NCBI GenBank assembly: GCA_964016885.1
Contig: OZ024742.1
Location: 232,376,001 to 232,440,000 of the forward strand
From: Eledone cirrhosa
Lineage: Eukaryota
Reading direction: 5' to 3'
Length of the DNA stretch: 64,000 nucleotides
Part shown: positions 62,430 through 64,000 of the stretch, piece after piece
How positions within the stretch are numbered: the stretch's first letter is position 1
Layout: each line of letters begins with the position of its first letter
Position numbers and translations under genes: made by a program
The notes under the pieces: model-generated
What the model was told of the DNA's origin: nothing
Database searches by the model: none
The model's input: only the letters and a program-made list of their open reading frames with translations

Positions 62430-64000
62430 CAACCCATCATCCCCCCCCCCCCCCCCACCACGCACCACCATCCCCCCCCCACGCACCACCATTATTACGT
62501 GGACCAATCATAAGTCAGAGGCCCATACTATCGCTTAACTGGTTGCTTTTCGATATGATGGATGGACTACGGAATTCTGGAGAGTTGAAGAGAGAAAAAT
62601 GTGGACGCTCAGCGACAATGCCAAAGATAAAGCCAAATTCACCTCGTGGACGAGAATGCAAGCACTCCTCCTTGTTTCGGCCCAGGATGGCTAACATAAC
62701 CCCATCCCCCCCCCCCCCCCCCGCGCCCCACCGCTCCCACCCTCCAAACGCAATCCAAAACTTCAGAGTTGGTACCATGAATGTAGGCACCTTAAAGGGT
62801 CGCTCTAACGAGGTTGTAGAAATGCTTGAACGTAAGGAGGTCGATGTTTGTTGTATTCAAGAGACCAGGTGGAGGGGAGGGTCGGCTAGATTCATCGTGG
62901 GTAAAGAGCGATGCTATAAGCTTTTCTGGGTGGGAAATGACAATGGGTTGGGTGGGGTAGGAATCATGGTAGCAGAAAAGTGGGCAGATAAGATAATAGA
63001 CGTAAATAGAGTGAACGACAGAATAATTAAAATAAGACTTGTCCTCAATAAAACTACGGTGACAGTAATATCTGCGTACGCACCCCAATCCGGACTGCCC
63101 CGCGCTATAAAAGACAGATTCTACGAGACACTGATGCTCGCTACCTCCCAAACAGTGACTATATAGTTATTGCCGGCGACCTAAATGGTCACGTTGGACA
63201 ACATTGTGACGGCTATGACGGAATCCATGGAGGCTATGGGTTCGGTACTAGAAATGAGGAAGGCTCCAGAATCCTGGAATTCTGCGACGCAAATAACTTA
63301 ACTATCTGTAACACTAACTTCAAAAAACGAGACAATCACTTGATCACCTATAGATCGGGGGAACACACAAGCCAGGTAGATTATATCCTTACCAGAAGAC
63401 GTGACAGAGTGTCTGTTGTTAACACTAAATCCCACCCCCATGAAGAATTCACCTCCCAACATAGACTGATAATTAGCGACCTCATAGTCAGGACGAGACG
63501 TACTAGACAGCGGAAGAGGACTAACCTCAGGAGAAAAATATGGAAGCTAAAGGACCCCATAGCCAGAAATAAATTTCAAAGCAAATTACTTGACGCTTTC
63601 GACAGTAAGGAAGAGCAATTAGAGTCGTATAATATAGAGGAACAGTGGGAATTCCTGAGAGCAAACCTGCTGACGGCGGCAGAAGAAGTCTGTGGCTGGA
63701 GCAGGCCTGTAGGTAGGAGGAGAGTAACATGGTGGTGGAACAGTAAGGTGGAGGAGTCAATTCAGGCCAAAAAGCAGGCTTGGAAAGTATGGCGGGATGG
63801 GGGAAGTAGAGAAGACTATCAAGTGGCCAGGAGGGAAGCTAGGAGACAAGTGTACTTCGCAAGAAGGGAAGCAGAGGAAAGAAAGTTCAAGCATGTTCTA
63901 CAACGTGAGGACCAAAAACGTGAGGTGTTCAGGATTGCCAGGCAATGTGTCAAGGAAAACCGTGATATTGTCGGGGAGAAGTGTGTACTTAACGATGATG
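62430..64000 (+). mobile_element. Young RTE-clade LINE, 5' part (APE endonuclease), continuing beyond the window
   Basis: VGTMNVGTLKGR, CCIQETRW, VISAYAPQSG; after one frameshift at about 63150: IAGDLNGHVG, QVDYIL, SQHRLII, TWWWN, with no stop to 64000. Confidence 0.92.

Noticed and set aside
62156-62550. N-terminal part of the 336-aa ORF
   Set aside because: Read-through from the tandem array and C-rich leader; only the part from about 62557 or later resembles LINE coding sequence.

Overview
This is AT-rich, repeat-dense eukaryotic genomic DNA, not prokaryotic. The SINE, RTE and Penelope repertoire and the abundant (TA)n and (CAT)n tracts suggest an octopus or other coleoid cephalopod (inference from repeat families). 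There is one 200-N assembly gap (34867-35066). The window holds most of one + strand multi-exon gene that the ORF track largely misses. I traced 14 exons from 27059 to 56004: seven phase 1-1 Cys-rich EGF/laminin-EGF exons, one transmembrane exon, and six exons of a receptor-tyrosine-kinase-type domain. That domain has lost its canonical catalytic residues (VAxK->VALL, HRD->HGN, DFG->GFG), so it is a receptor pseudokinase. The 5' (signal peptide) exon and last kinase exon(s) were not found. Two EGF exons are frameshifted and one intron uses a GC donor. Introns and upstream DNA contain RTE, CR1, CRE-like and Ingi/Vingi-like LINE pieces, Penelope-like elements, Helitrons, mariner, hAT and piggyBac derivatives, SINEs and minisatellites. 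The most striking non-genic signal is a series of (TA)n-embedded, often fold-back Penelope pLTR-like elements carrying minimal hammerhead-ribozyme motifs, some canonical and some with unusual cores. A young RTE LINE runs off the right edge. All coordinates and translations were read by eye.
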